From Tubiluchus corallicola (lineage: Eukaryota; Animalia; Priapulida): a DNA stretch of 64,000 nucleotides. Made by a program: the position numbers and the translations under genes. The notes beneath the pieces are model-generated. The model had not been told where the DNA came from, made no database searches, and saw nothing but the letters and a program-made list of their open reading frames with translations. The DNA lies in NCBI GenBank assembly GCA_030141605.1, contig JAQGDQ010002389.1, positions 1-64,000 on the forward strand, written 5' to 3'. Shown piece by piece: positions 1-11,382 of this stretch (position 1 is its first letter; each line of letters starts with the position of its first letter).

Positions 1-118
1 CATTATGAAGATCTCTCTTAATTTGGCACCTTAAGGAATTGTTTTTACAAGCTATATCACCAATATTTCCTGAAAACAATCTAAAATGTGGCAAGTGCGC
101 TTCTTAAGGAGAATAAAG

Positions 119-814
119 ATGAATGAAGAAACACGAAATCAATGCCCCTCAGTGGAAAATCGCCTAAAAACACTCTACCATACAATTGAAAAAAAAAGCC
201 GCACCTCATCACTAAGTGCTCCTAACATCACAATCGTTGCCGTAACAAAAAAACAAGGTATAGAAAAAATCAAACAAGTATTGTCAGCAGGGCATCGTGT
301 TTTCGGTGAAAATAAAGTACAGGAAGCTGAAGAAAAATGGCCAGAAATTAAAAAAAAATTCCCAGATGTGCAACTTCACCTTATTGGTCAACTACAACGT
401 AACAAAGTAAAACGGGCTTTTGCTCTCTTTGATGTTATTGAAACCCTAGATAGCGAAAAATTAGCGCTCTCAATAGACGCACAACGAAAACAAACAGGCC
501 ATTGCCCACAATGCTATATTCAGGTTAATACAGGAGAAGAGCCGCAAAAAGGCGGGATTCTCCCGGCGGATGTTGATGATTTTATCCATTTTACACGTGT
601 TGAGCTTGCTTTGCCCATAGAAGGGTTAATGTGCATCCCTCCTTTTTCCAAACCAGCTGCTCCTCATTTTGCCTTTTTAAGAGAAATTGCACGCTCCCAT
701 TATTTAAAGAAACTCAGCATGGGAATGAGTCGCGACTATGAAGAAGCTATCTTATTTGGCGCGACATCCGTACGAATAGGAACGGAAATTTTTGGATTAC
801 GAGAAGAAAAATAA
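119..814 (+). CDS. yggS: YggS family pyridoxal-phosphate homeostasis protein
   Basis: Motifs IVAVTK, FGENKVQEA, HLIGQLQRNK, LSMGMSRDYEEAI, VRIGTEIFG. Start moved to ATG 119 behind an AGGAG RBS (ORF track start 86). Confidence 0.93.
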   Translation: MNEETRNQCPSVENRLKTLYHTIEKKSRTSSLSAPNITIVAVTKKQGIEKIKQVLSAGHRVFGENKVQEAEEKWPEIKKKFPDVQLHLIGQLQRNKVKRAFALFDVIETLDSEKLALSIDAQRKQTGHCPQCYIQVNTGEEPQKGGILPADVDDFIHFTRVELALPIEGLMCIPPFSKPAAPHFAFLREIARSHYLKKLSMGMSRDYEEAILFGATSVRIGTEIFGLREEK

Positions 815-921
815 AAATCAGTATTTTTATGATTATATTCCTTGACTTTTTTCTATAGGCAAGGGTATTTTATAAAAAAATACAGGGTTAATTTCCAAAG
901 AACACAAATTTAAGGTAAATA

Positions 922-1320
922 TTGCTCATGGAAAAGAAAAATCGTCCTATATCTCCACACTTGCAGATCTATAATATTTTCTCTAAGGAGTTAACATCTG
1001 GACCATCATTTTTTAATCGAGTCACAGGTGTCGGGCTTAGCGTCGGAATCATATGTGCCGTCGTATGGTTAGGAGCTGCTGCAAATGGGCCAAAATCCTA
1101 CGATGCATTTCACGCTTTTATAACATCATGGTTTGGATATCTCTGCTTGCTAGGATTTTCAGCTTGTTACTTTTATCATGTTATCAATGGCATTCGCTTT
1201 ATGGTTTGGGATTTAGGATATGGATTTGAACGTGAAACCGTTTTCAAATCCGGAATCGCTATGGGAGCGGCTGTCGCCTTTTTATTCTTATTAACTTGGA
1301 TAATTATTCTATTTTCATAA
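922..1320 (+). CDS. sdhC: Succinate dehydrogenase cytochrome b556 subunit
   Basis: RPISPHLQIY, RVTG, YHVINGIRFMVWDLGYG; three TM segments; first gene of the sdh cluster. True start probably ATG 928. Confidence 0.93.
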   Translation: MLMEKKNRPISPHLQIYNIFSKELTSGPSFFNRVTGVGLSVGIICAVVWLGAAANGPKSYDAFHAFITSWFGYLCLLGFSACYFYHVINGIRFMVWDLGYGFERETVFKSGIAMGAAVAFLFLLTWIIILFS

Positions 1321-1345
1321 AAACTGTTGAGAGAGGGAAGCTATT

Positions 1346-1789
1346 ATGGGACACGGAAGTTCCTTCGGACCAGATAAAAAAACACGCCAGAGTCGTCTTG
1401 GCCATGTGCGAGGATGGGGAGCATCCGGACATGGAAGCCAGGTATGGTGGCTAGAGAGAATTACGGCTTTTGCTGCTATTCCTTTAAGCGTATATATTCT
1501 TGTGGCACTTCTATCAGGAATGGGCTCTTCTTATGAAGAACTCTTAATGTGGATGTCATGCCCAGGAAATATGACAATCTCGATTCTTGCCGTTGTTGCG
1601 CTCTGTTGGCATGGAGCACTGGCTCTATGTACAGTGGTTAGCGATTATGTGCACACCAAATCTCGGGAAATTTTTGCGTCTCTTGCTATCAAGTATGGCG
1701 CAATTTTTTTAGGTACATACTGTATCGTATCAATCCTGTCTATCGGATTGACTGGCTTAAATTTTAAAGTCCTTCTTGGATTAGAGTGA
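1346..1789 (+). CDS. sdhD: Succinate dehydrogenase hydrophobic anchor subunit
   Basis: [34 protein letters not shown]; lies between sdhC and sdhA. Confidence 0.92.
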   Translation: MGHGSSFGPDKKTRQSRLGHVRGWGASGHGSQVWWLERITAFAAIPLSVYILVALLSGMGSSYEELLMWMSCPGNMTISILAVVALCWHGALALCTVVSDYVHTKSREIFASLAIKYGAIFLGTYCIVSILSIGLTGLNFKVLLGLE

Positions 1790-1796
1790 GGTAAGT

Positions 1797-3587
1797 ATGA
1801 CTAAGGCTTATGAGATTGTCGATCATACGGCTGATGTTGTCGTCATCGGCGCTGGAGGGGCAGGGCTGCGTGCGACACTTGGTATGTGTATGGCAGGGCT
1901 AAATACTGTATGCGTAACAAAGGTTTTCCCAACACGAAGCCATACAATCGCAGCGCAAGGAGGAATCGGCGCCGCACTGGGAAATATGGCCGAAGATAAT
2001 TGGAAATGGCATATGTACGATACAGTGAAAGGATCAGACTGGCTTGGCGATCAGGATGCTATCGAATATATGTGCAGAAATGCCGTGACGGCTGTCTATG
2101 AACTCGAGCATTTTGGCGTTCCTTTCTCAAGGACAGAAGATGGTCGGATTTACCAAAGGCCTTTCGGAGGCCATATGGCTAATTTCGGAGAATCTCTCGT
2201 GCCACGAGCATGCGCAGCAGCAGATATGACAGGGCACGCAATCCTTCATACTCTCTATCAGCAATGCCTGAAATATAAAGCACGATTCTGTATTGAATAT
2301 ATTGTAATCGACCTCATTATGAACGATGAAGGCACATGCGTCGGATGTATAGCATGGGATCTTGATACAGGACTCCTCCACCGATTTAACGCTTCTATGG
2401 TTGTTCTGGCAACCGGAGGTGGTGGACGATGCTATTTCTCTTCTACACTCGCACACACCTGTACGGGCGATGGATTTGGAATGATCGATCGTGCAAACCT
2501 TCCTCTACAGGATATGGAATTTGTCCAATTCCATCCAACAGGAATTTACGGGGCAGGGTGTTTGATTACTGAAGGTGCTCGCGGAGAAGGCGGATACTTC
2601 ACAAACTCTGAAGGCGAGCGATTCATGGAACGCTACGCTCCCACAGCAAAAGATCTGGCAGCACGCGATGTATGTTCACGCGCAATGACAATTGAAATTC
2701 GCGAAGGACGCGGCGTTGGAAAAAATAAAGATTATATTGAACTACATCTTGAACATCTAGATGCTGATATGCTTCATGAACGCCTGCCAGGAATCATGGA
2801 AACAGCAAAAATATTCGCAGGAATTGATCCGGCGAAAAAACCCATACCTGTTCTTCCAACAGCACATTATAATATGGGAGGAATTCCAACAAACTATCAT
2901 GCACAGGTTCTCAACCCAACAGAAGAAAATCCAGAAGCTGTCGTTCCTGGGTTAATGGCGATTGGAGAATGTGCGTGCGTCTCTGTGCACGGCGCAAACC
3001 GACTAGGTACGAACTCGCTTCTTGATCTTGTCGTATTTGGACGGGCAGCCGCTTTGAAAGCAGCCGAAGTCGTTACACCCGGAAAACCTCCGGCACTTCC
3101 TCAGAAAAATGAAGAAGAAATTCTCTCCAGATTGGACAAAATGCGCCACGCAAACGGATCCAAGCCTATCGCTGAAGCACGGCTTGAAATGCAACGCGCT
3201 ATGCAGCGAGACGCTTCCGTCTTCCGCCAAGCAGACTCTCTTCAGGAAGGGTGCCAGAATGTTGACGCTATCTTTAAGAGATTCGATGAATTACAAGTCT
3301 CTGATCGCTCCATGATCTGGAACTCTGACCTCGTAGAGGCACTGGAGCTTGAAAATCTTATGGTAACAGCACGCTCTACAGTCTATTCTGCGAAAAACAG
3401 AGAGGAAAGCCGAGGCGCTCATGCTCGCGAGGATTACTCACAACGTGACGATGAAAAATGGATGAAACATACGATCTCTCGAGGCGCTAGTGTTCATAAA
3501 CCAGTGGAAATCTCCTTCCGTCCCGTTCATAACTGGACATTAACCGATGAGGTTGAGTATATTCCCCCAAAAGAGCGCGTCTATTAA
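1797..3587 (+). CDS. sdhA: Succinate dehydrogenase flavoprotein subunit
   Basis: [19 protein letters not shown] (covalent FAD His), [26 protein letters not shown]. Confidence 0.98.
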   Translation: MTKAYEIVDHTADVVVIGAGGAGLRATLGMCMAGLNTVCVTKVFPTRSHTIAAQGGIGAALGNMAEDNWKWHMYDTVKGSDWLGDQDAIEYMCRNAVTAVYELEHFGVPFSRTEDGRIYQRPFGGHMANFGESLVPRACAAADMTGHAILHTLYQQCLKYKARFCIEYIVIDLIMNDEGTCVGCIAWDLDTGLLHRFNASMVVLATGGGGRCYFSSTLAHTCTGDGFGMIDRANLPLQDMEFVQFHPTGIYGAGCLITEGARGEGGYFTNSEGERFMERYAPTAKDLAARDVCSRAMTIEIREGRGVGKNKDYIELHLEHLDADMLHERLPGIMETAKIFAGIDPAKKPIPVLPTAHYNMGGIPTNYHAQVLNPTEENPEAVVPGLMAIGECACVSVHGANRLGTNSLLDLVVFGRAAALKAAEVVTPGKPPALPQKNEEEILSRLDKMRHANGSKPIAEARLEMQRAMQRDASVFRQADSLQEGCQNVDAIFKRFDELQVSDRSMIWNSDLVEALELENLMVTARSTVYSAKNREESRGAHAREDYSQRDDEKWMKHTISRGASVHKPVEISFRPVHNWTLTDEVEYIPPKERVY

Positions 3588-3605
3588 GAAAGGAGCTTTG
3601 TAAAA

Positions 3606-4388
3606 ATGGTTGAATTTTCATTACCAGATAATGCTGTTGTGCACCCTGGGAAAACATATAAAGCACCAGAAGGCGCTAAAAATATTAGAGTATTTAAAGT
3701 GTATCGCTGGAGTCCGGACGATGAACTTAATCCACAACTTGACAGCTTTGAAATTGATGTGGATAACTGCGGGCCCATGATCCTAGACGGGCTGATTAAA
3801 ATCAAAAGTGAATACGATTCCACTCTTACATTTCGACGCTCTTGTCGAGAGGGAATCTGCGGTTCATGCTCCATGAACATCAATGGAAAAAATGCACTGG
3901 CTTGTACAAAAAAAATCGTGGACTATAAAGGAGATATAGAAATATATCCCCTTCCTCACAGACCTGTTATAAAAGATTTAGTCCCTGACCTTAATACGGC
4001 ATACGCTCAGTATGAAGCCATTCAGCCATGGCTAAAAACAGATACACCCGTAGAGCCCGATAAAGAAAGATTGCAGTCTCCGGAAGAAAGAAAGCAACTT
4101 GATGGGCTTTGGGAGTGTATCTTATGCTTCTGCTGCTCGACAAGCTGCCCAAGTTACTGGTGGAACGGTGAAAGAGGATATTTTGGACCAGCTGTTCTGC
4201 TGCAAGCCTATCGGTGGATTAGAGATACACGCGATGAATATACAGGAGAACGCCTAGATATGCTGGATGATCATACACGCCTGTTCAGTTGCCATACAAT
4301 TATGAATTGTACAGATGTATGCCCAAAAGATCTCAATCCAGGAAGAGCTATCGCAGGTGTGAAAAAGCACCTTGTTCAGCGTTGGTAA
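3606..4388 (+). CDS. sdhB: Succinate dehydrogenase iron-sulfur subunit
   Basis: [38 protein letters not shown]. Confidence 0.98.
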   Translation: MVEFSLPDNAVVHPGKTYKAPEGAKNIRVFKVYRWSPDDELNPQLDSFEIDVDNCGPMILDGLIKIKSEYDSTLTFRRSCREGICGSCSMNINGKNALACTKKIVDYKGDIEIYPLPHRPVIKDLVPDLNTAYAQYEAIQPWLKTDTPVEPDKERLQSPEERKQLDGLWECILCFCCSTSCPSYWWNGERGYFGPAVLLQAYRWIRDTRDEYTGERLDMLDDHTRLFSCHTIMNCTDVCPKDLNPGRAIAGVKKHLVQRW

Positions 4389-4410
4389 AGAAATCTTTTT
4401 AAAATCAATA

Positions 4411-4444
4411 AAAAGCAGTTCACTATAAAGAGCTGCTTTTTTTA
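4411..4444. terminator. Bidirectional intrinsic terminator between sdhB and cysQ
   Basis: AAAAGCAGTTC-loop-GAGCTGCTTTT stem (one G-U pair) flanked by A and T tracts, between convergent genes. Confidence 0.75.
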
Positions 4445-4463
4445 TGGTAATCAGTATAAAAGC

Positions 4464-5249
4464 CTATAGAAAAATATTTTCTGCTCTATTGACAGCATAA
4501 AAGCCTTTAGTATTAAGAGAATCAGGACGATTATATGTCATTTCACTATGATCCAGCTGCTTAAATATCCCGCCTGCTTCCTCAACAATAATTTGCATTG
4601 CAGCCGTGTCCCATTCCATCGTTGGTGTATGTCGATAGTAAATATCTGCTTTCCCCTCCGCTATCAGACATCCCTTTAAAGAGCTGCCAATTTTTAAAAT
4701 ATTCTGTATTTTACTTAAATTTTCTGACATTAATGCTGCAAATTCTGGAGAAGAATGAGAGCGGCTACCTATAGAACGAATCGCGTTAATACGCTTGGAT
4801 ACAGAAATTTTAGCAGAAGGCTCATTTTCTTTTTTTAAAAAAGCGCCAGCTCCTTTTTGCGCAAAATAAAGAGTCCTCAGCACAGGAGCGTAAATAAATC
4901 CCGCAACAGATCGCCCTTCATGGCTTAAAGCAATGTTAATTGTAAATTCTCCATTTCTTTTGATAAACTCCTTTGTTCCATCAAGAGGATCAATAATCCA
5001 GCAATAAGGATTACCAAGATCTTGAGCATCAGATAGATTCTCTTCAGAAAGAATAGCATGAGAAGGAAACCTTTCTGTAAGTGCGGAAACAATTATTTGA
5101 TTTGAAATAAGATCCGCTTCTGTTAATAGAGATTTGTCCTTCTTTTTCCAAACAGAAAAATCTTGGTTGTAAATTTCAGAAATAAGAGTCCCCGATTTCA
5201 CAATAAGAGAATGAAGAAATAAAATATCATTATGATCTAAATACGTCAT
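4464..5249 (-). CDS. cysQ: 3'(2'),5'-bisphosphate nucleotidase
   Basis: LLTEADL, ILSEE, WIIDPLDGTKEF, GSSLKGCLIAEG, MEWDTAA. Confidence 0.93.
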   Translation of the reverse strand: MTYLDHNDILFLHSLIVKSGTLISEIYNQDFSVWKKKDKSLLTEADLISNQIIVSALTERFPSHAILSEENLSDAQDLGNPYCWIIDPLDGTKEFIKRNGEFTINIALSHEGRSVAGFIYAPVLRTLYFAQKGAGAFLKKENEPSAKISVSKRINAIRSIGSRSHSSPEFAALMSENLSKIQNILKIGSSLKGCLIAEGKADIYYRHTPTMEWDTAAMQIIVEEAGGIFKQLDHSEMTYNRPDSLNTKGFYAVNRAENIFL

Positions 5250-5429
5250 TTTACCGTAGATAATTGAATTCTATTGAAGATATTAAGGATTTTATTCAAA
5301 AAAATGAAATTTATAGTTGCAATATTCTTTTTTTTGTTATATATTCATCCAAGTGCTACCTAGAAAACTGGAATAGAGAATAAGCTTTGTTGCTCTATAA
5401 ACCTATATATTCAGGAGGGAATAAATTTT

Positions 5430-6167
5430 TTATTTCCTCTTTTTTTTTGTGTTTTTTACGGGTTTCTCCTGTCTATGCTGATACGCCGTTAACTCGGTAA
5501 GAATATCCAGTGTCTTTGAACGATATTCACGCCTATATAATACAACCGTAATCCATAATGTTGAGAGCATAAAAGCCATGGGGTGAAAAATCCAGGAAAG
5601 AGCTGCCAGCGCAAAATAGTATGCCCTTAATCCCATATGAAAACTGTACATACCACGCTCTATCAGCTGCGCGATTCTCTTTGATTCGTAATCGCATTCC
5701 TCTTCTGTAAGCGTTCCGGGAGGAGGAGCCGCGCCGATCATAAGAGAAGCATAATGAATCTGGCGCAAAGACCAGATGAATTTAAAAAAAGCGTAGATAA
5801 AGATAAAGATTAATAAAACAATCCGTATTTCCCACTCCAGTTGCGTGAGGGGATATTGAAAGGAAAATAACCTTTCCGCCGTTTCAAAAGCAGCCAATGC
5901 TGTAACAAGCCCTGCGATTAATAAAGCTGTCGTGGACGCGAACAATGTATTTCCGTTACTTAAAATTGACATGATTGTCGCATCAAAAATACGCCCTTCA
6001 CGCTTAAGAAGACATGTCATCCATCGAATACGATGACCATGAGCGACATCAAGAATATTTCCTTTATGTCGCGAGGCATACCAAATATACCCTCGCCAAC
6101 ACACAAGAAAAAATAAAAGCGCGATATAATCCAATAGAGCAATTTGCTCAATAAAAATCGAAAACAT
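5430..6167 (-). CDS. DUF599-like membrane protein
   Basis: HRIRWM, FASTTALLIAG, FFKFIWSLRQ, GLRAYYFALA, LYRREYRS pattern; multiple TM segments. Confidence 0.8.
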   Translation of the reverse strand: MFSIFIEQIALLDYIALLFFLVCWRGYIWYASRHKGNILDVAHGHRIRWMTCLLKREGRIFDATIMSILSNGNTLFASTTALLIAGLVTALAAFETAERLFSFQYPLTQLEWEIRIVLLIFIFIYAFFKFIWSLRQIHYASLMIGAAPPPGTLTEEECDYESKRIAQLIERGMYSFHMGLRAYYFALAALSWIFHPMAFMLSTLWITVVLYRREYRSKTLDILTELTAYQHRQEKPVKNTKKKRK

Positions 6168-6235
6168 TCTATCCTAGCCTGAGACTCAGTGTCTTTACTC
6201 TATCATTTTTCAATAACAAAAGCTTACTTGTAAAG

Positions 6236-8548
6236 CTATTTTTCCGGAGATGACGATAATAAACTACGCCATGCTGCAAGGGCTGCCATATTTGTAATAT
6301 CCGTTGTCGTTTGGCTCCAGGGAATAATCTGCACACTCTTTTCCAACCCAGCCAGTATAGGGCCCATAATCGTTCCTTCTCCTAAATGGACAAGCATACT
6401 GCTTGCCAGATTTGCAGACTGCAGTCCCGGAACAATGAAAATATTCGCAGGACCCGATAAACGAGAAAAAGGATAATAACGCTTCATCAGTTTTTGATCA
6501 AGAGCCATCTCTAATGTCATGCTTCCCTCATACTCGAAATCAACTTCTTTCTGGTCTAAAATATCAACAGCTTTTTGTATTTCTCGCGTTGAAGAAAGAT
6601 CAGGATTTCCAAAATTAGCGATAGAAATAAAAGCAACACGTGGTTTAAAACCAAATGCGCGAGAAGCCTTGGCCGCCTGACAAGCAAAACGCGAAAGCTT
6701 TTCCGCATTAGGACGATCGTTCACAGCTGTATCCGCTAAAAGATATCGATGCCCTCCTGCCATAAGAATGCTGAAAGCAAAAATCTCATGGCCGGGCTTT
6801 GGAGGAATCACTGTTTTAACATAGCGAAGTGTATCATAATAATTGCGTGTTAATCCTGTAATCATCGCATCAACATCGCCTTTAGCAAGCATAATAGCAG
6901 CAAAAAGATTACGATTTTCAGTAATCATACGATAACATTCATGACGTAATACTCCTTTTCGACTCAACTTCTCATAAAGAAAATCCGTATAGCTTTCAAG
7001 CCGTTTTGAATCCTGAAGTAAAGGTAAAACTTCTATCTTATCACACGATTCCAAATTCGCTTTGCTAAGCGTCTGCTGAATTGCTCCATTGTCACGACGA
7101 ATCAGTAAAACAGACGTTCCATAGCCTGCATTTTGAAAGGCAATTGCAGAACGAATAATCTTTTCTTCCTCCCCTTCAACAAAAATAACCTTTTTAGGAT
7201 TCGCAGTAACTTGGGCATGAATTAAAGCCATATGCTGCGCCATCGGATCAAAGCGCGTGATAAGCTCATTCTGATAAAGATAAAAATCACTAATTGTTTT
7301 ACGAGCAACACCTGTCTTTATAGCCGCTTTCGCTACCGCTATAGGAATCTCATAAATTAAACGAGGATCAAACGGAGCTGGAATAATATAGTCAAGACCA
7401 TAATGTAGCTCTCTGCCGGGATAAGCTCTCATGACTTCCGGGGGAACATTTTTTCGCGCTAACATAGCAACAGCTTTAGCAGCGGCAATTTTCATCGGCT
7501 CGTTAATTTCATGAGCGCGCACATCCAAAGCTCCCCGGAAAATATACGGAAATCCTAAAACATTATTTACCTGATTGGGATAATCAGAACGACCCGTAGC
7601 AACAATCGCATCAGAAATAATCGCTTTGACTTCCTCAGGCATAATTTCCGGATCAGGATTGGCCATCGCAAAAATAATCGGCTTAGGCGCCATCGATTTA
7701 ACCATTTCCTGCGTTACAGCCCCTTTGACAGAAAGGCCGATAAAAACATCCGCTCCTTCCATTGCTTCTTTCAATGTGCGTAGCTCTGTCTCAATCGCCC
7801 ATTCCTCCTTCCAAGGATTCATTCCCTTTGTGCGCCCTTTATAAATCACACCACTACTATCACACATAATGATATTGCGACTTGAGATACCAAGGCCACA
7901 AATTAAAAACGCACACGCAATAGCAGCTGCTCCAGCGCCATTAATCACAATACGAGTAGATGAAAAATCACGCTCCGTTAAATGAATGGCGTTAATTAAA
8001 GCAGCTCCACAAATAATTGCCGTCCCATGCTGATCGTCGTGGAAAACAGGAATATCCATCAATTCCTTTAGGCGTTTTTCAATAATAAAACAATCCGGCG
8101 CCTTAATGTCTTCAAGATTAATACCGCCGAAACTAGGACCGAGAAATCGGATGCTGTTGATAAACTCATCAACATCAGAGGTGTCCACACACAGATCAAT
8201 CGCATCAACATCCGCAAACCGCTTGAAAAGAACAGCTTTCCCTTCCATCACAGGTTTTGAGCCTGCTGCTCCCATATTGCCAAGCCCTAAGACTGCTGTA
8301 CCATTGGAAACAACAGCCACCATATTTCCTCGTGCTGTATAGTCATAAACAGTATTTGGATTCTCGGCAATCTCTTCACACGGGGCAGCAACACCAGGAG
8401 AATAGGCCAAAGACAGATCATGCTGAGAAGTCAAAGGTTTCGTCGGTTGAATAGCAATCTTTCCAGGGCGACCTTGAGAATGATAATCTAAAGCCTCCTC
8501 TCGGAGTAATTGAGAGCGATTTTCTGTAGCATTATGATCTTTTTCCAC
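6236..8548 (-). CDS. maeB: NADP-dependent malic enzyme with C-terminal phosphotransacetylase-like domain
   Basis: LSLAYSPGVA, VMEGKAVLFK, FHDDQHGTAI, ATGRSDYPNQVNN, followed by a PTA-like domain. Confidence 0.96.
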   Translation of the reverse strand: MEKDHNATENRSQLLREEALDYHSQGRPGKIAIQPTKPLTSQHDLSLAYSPGVAAPCEEIAENPNTVYDYTARGNMVAVVSNGTAVLGLGNMGAAGSKPVMEGKAVLFKRFADVDAIDLCVDTSDVDEFINSIRFLGPSFGGINLEDIKAPDCFIIEKRLKELMDIPVFHDDQHGTAIICGAALINAIHLTERDFSSTRIVINGAGAAAIACAFLICGLGISSRNIIMCDSSGVIYKGRTKGMNPWKEEWAIETELRTLKEAMEGADVFIGLSVKGAVTQEMVKSMAPKPIIFAMANPDPEIMPEEVKAIISDAIVATGRSDYPNQVNNVLGFPYIFRGALDVRAHEINEPMKIAAAKAVAMLARKNVPPEVMRAYPGRELHYGLDYIIPAPFDPRLIYEIPIAVAKAAIKTGVARKTISDFYLYQNELITRFDPMAQHMALIHAQVTANPKKVIFVEGEEEKIIRSAIAFQNAGYGTSVLLIRRDNGAIQQTLSKANLESCDKIEVLPLLQDSKRLESYTDFLYEKLSRKGVLRHECYRMITENRNLFAAIMLAKGDVDAMITGLTRNYYDTLRYVKTVIPPKPGHEIFAFSILMAGGHRYLLADTAVNDRPNAEKLSRFACQAAKASRAFGFKPRVAFISIANFGNPDLSSTREIQKAVDILDQKEVDFEYEGSMTLEMALDQKLMKRYYPFSRLSGPANIFIVPGLQSANLASSMLVHLGEGTIMGPILAGLEKSVQIIPWSQTTTDITNMAALAAWRSLLSSSPEK

Positions 8549-8707
8549 ATGACACCTCCGTTAGTGTTAATACGATAATTTTTTATTCAGTATTAATATG
8601 ATATAGTAATTTTGTTGATTTATATTATAAAGGGCAATAAATTATATCCTCTTTTACTTTGATGAGTAAAGAAACAAATTTTCTAAACTGCCCATATTAA
8701 AAAAAGG

Positions 8708-11377
8708 ATGAAAGGAAACTGCGTGTTAAAGGAGAAAGCTGCAACGCCAATGATGGCGCAATATATGGAAATTCGGCAGCAATATCCCGATGCTTTATTG
8801 TTTTATCGTATGGGAGACTTTTATGAGCTTTTCTTTGAAGATGCCAAAAATGCAGCACAGGCACTCGATATTACTCTGACAAAAAGAGGACAGCATAAAG
8901 GGGAAGAAATCCCCATGTGCGGCGTTCCTGTTCATAGCCATGAAAATTATTTACTCCGGTTGATTAAAAAAGGATATAAAGTCGCTATCTGTGAACAAAT
9001 GGAAGATCCCCAAGAAGCCAGAAAACGCGGCGGCGCAAAAGCGATCGTTAAAAGAGAAGTTACACGGCTTATAACACCAGGAACACTGACAGAAGAAAGC
9101 TTACTTGATTCAAAAAATCATAACTTTCTCGCCGCCATCGCAACCAAAAAGCAACAAATAGCTGTCGCATGGGCCGATATTTCTACGGGGGCTTTTTTCT
9201 CTCAGACTGTTGAAGCGGAAACATTAAGCTCTTTACTTGCCAGAATCTCTCCAAAAGAACTGCTTGTGCCAGAAAAACTTGCTGAAAAATTTTCCGTTCT
9301 CTCACCTTCCAGCGGTGAATGGCGAGATGTTTCCGTCTTCCTTCCACAAGCGCGTTTTGACGAAGAAAATGCACAAAATGCCTTGCTCGGCTTTTACCAA
9401 GTAGCAAGCCTTCAAGGGTTTGGAAGCTTTACATCTCCGGAAATCATCGCGGCTGGCGTCATTATAGACTATATCCAAATGACACAAATCGGGAAAAAAC
9501 CAACTATTCTTCCTCTTTCTTCTGTGATAGAAGGAACGATTATGGAAATCGATAGCGCAACACGGCGAAATCTGGAACTTTCAAAAACACTTTCCGGAGA
9601 GAGAAAAGGATCCTTAATTGATATTATCGATAGAACAATTACGGGCGCTGGCGCACGCCTTCTACAAGCAAGGCTTCACTCTCCTTTGACAGATATTGAA
9701 AAAATAGAAAGGCGGCAAAATGATCTAGAATATTTCCTTCATGCAAAAAATATTCAGGAAAAAACACGAACACTTCTTCAACACTATCCTGATATGGAAA
9801 GAGCACTCTCACGCCTGACGTTGGAAAGAGGGGGGCCTAGAGATCTCGCCCTTCTTCGAGATGGCATGAAATTAAGCGGAGAGATGCGCATTTTACTACA
9901 ACAGGAAAAACTTCCCATTAATTTACAAGAAGCATGCCAAAGTCTCGCGGGCCATGGAGAGCTTGCCACAGAATTAAGCCATGCACTTGATATTGATCTT
10001 CCCGCATATACCCGAGAAGGGGGCTTTATCGCAAAAAATTATAACCCTGAGCTGGATCTGTTGCGAAATATAGGCAAAAACAAAAAAGAAAAAATAACAG
10101 AGCTTCAAGAAAAATATAAACACTTGGCACAAATCCCTTCATTGAAAATTCGACACAATAATCTTTTGGGATATTTTGTTGAAATTCCTGCAAAACAGGC
10201 AGAGAAAATAACCCAAAAAGACGACACTCTTTTTATTCATAGACAAAGCCTTGCTAATTCTGTGCGCTATACAACGGTTGAGTTGAACGCTATGGAAGGA
10301 GAGTTGACTAACGCTTCTGAGAAAATACTGGCCATGGAAATAGGCATATTTGAAAACCTTGCTTCTGCCACTCTTGCCAGAGCTGCTGAAATTACGCAAG
10401 CTGCTCGTGCATTTGCTCTTATTGATGTTTCCTCAAGCCTTGCAAAACTTGCGCAGGATGAAAATTATACAAAACCCCGTGTCGATAAAAGCTTAAGCTT
10501 TGAAATAAAAGCAGGACGACATCCCACTGTTGAAATGTCACTTAAAAATACAGGAGATAAACCTTTTGTATCTAACCATGCCAACTTGACAGAGTCAAAA
10601 ATATGGCTGCTGACAGGGCCCAATATGGCCGGAAAAAGCACATTTCTAAGGCAAAATGCCCTGATAGCTATTCTTGCGCAAACGGGGTCATTTGTTCCTG
10701 CGCAGTCTGCTCATATTGGTGTTTTGGATCGACTCTTTTCGCGTGTTGGCGCCGCCGACGACTTAGCGCGCGGGCAATCAACCTTTATGGTTGAAATGAT
10801 CGAAACAGCCGCCATATTAAACCAAGCAACTCGGCGTTCCTTGGTGATCCTCGATGAAATTGGGCGCGGAACAGCAACATTTGACGGGCTTTCTATTGCA
10901 TGGTCAACATTAGAATATCTTCATGAAGCCAATCAATGCCGCGTCATTTTCGCAACACATTATCATGAATTGACAAAGTTAGAAAATCAACTGACAAACC
11001 TTGTATGTTTCTCTATGAAGGTGCAGGAGTGGAAAAAGAAAGTCGTTTTCTTACACGAAATTGCACCAGGAGCCGCCGACCGATCCTATGGAATACACGT
11101 AGGACGGCTTGCAGGGCTTCCTGAAATTGTTATTGAACGCGCTGAGGAAATTCTTTCTATGCTTGAAAAGGGGAAAAAAACAGAACGAATTGAAAGGCTC
11201 GCTGAAACACTTCCTCTCTTTTCTCAAATGATCTCTCCGCAAATTGACAAAAAACCAGAAAACTCACCAGAAGAACAACAGCTGAAAGAAATCATTCGAA
11301 AAATTAACCCGGAAACAATCTCCCTTCTTGAAAGTATAGAAACACTACGTACATTAAAAAAACTGATAGATGAGTAG
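8708..11377 (+). CDS. mutS: DNA mismatch repair protein MutS
   Basis: TPMMAQY, FYRMGDFYELF, TGPNMAGKST, STFMVEM, DEIGRGT, ATHYHEL. Confidence 0.98.
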   Translation: MKGNCVLKEKAATPMMAQYMEIRQQYPDALLFYRMGDFYELFFEDAKNAAQALDITLTKRGQHKGEEIPMCGVPVHSHENYLLRLIKKGYKVAICEQMEDPQEARKRGGAKAIVKREVTRLITPGTLTEESLLDSKNHNFLAAIATKKQQIAVAWADISTGAFFSQTVEAETLSSLLARISPKELLVPEKLAEKFSVLSPSSGEWRDVSVFLPQARFDEENAQNALLGFYQVASLQGFGSFTSPEIIAAGVIIDYIQMTQIGKKPTILPLSSVIEGTIMEIDSATRRNLELSKTLSGERKGSLIDIIDRTITGAGARLLQARLHSPLTDIEKIERRQNDLEYFLHAKNIQEKTRTLLQHYPDMERALSRLTLERGGPRDLALLRDGMKLSGEMRILLQQEKLPINLQEACQSLAGHGELATELSHALDIDLPAYTREGGFIAKNYNPELDLLRNIGKNKKEKITELQEKYKHLAQIPSLKIRHNNLLGYFVEIPAKQAEKITQKDDTLFIHRQSLANSVRYTTVELNAMEGELTNASEKILAMEIGIFENLASATLARAAEITQAARAFALIDVSSSLAKLAQDENYTKPRVDKSLSFEIKAGRHPTVEMSLKNTGDKPFVSNHANLTESKIWLLTGPNMAGKSTFLRQNALIAILAQTGSFVPAQSAHIGVLDRLFSRVGAADDLARGQSTFMVEMIETAAILNQATRRSLVILDEIGRGTATFDGLSIAWSTLEYLHEANQCRVIFATHYHELTKLENQLTNLVCFSMKVQEWKKKVVFLHEIAPGAADRSYGIHVGRLAGLPEIVIERAEEILSMLEKGKKTERIERLAETLPLFSQMISPQIDKKPENSPEEQQLKEIIRKINPETISLLESIETLRTLKKLIDE

Positions 11378-11382
11378 AATTC

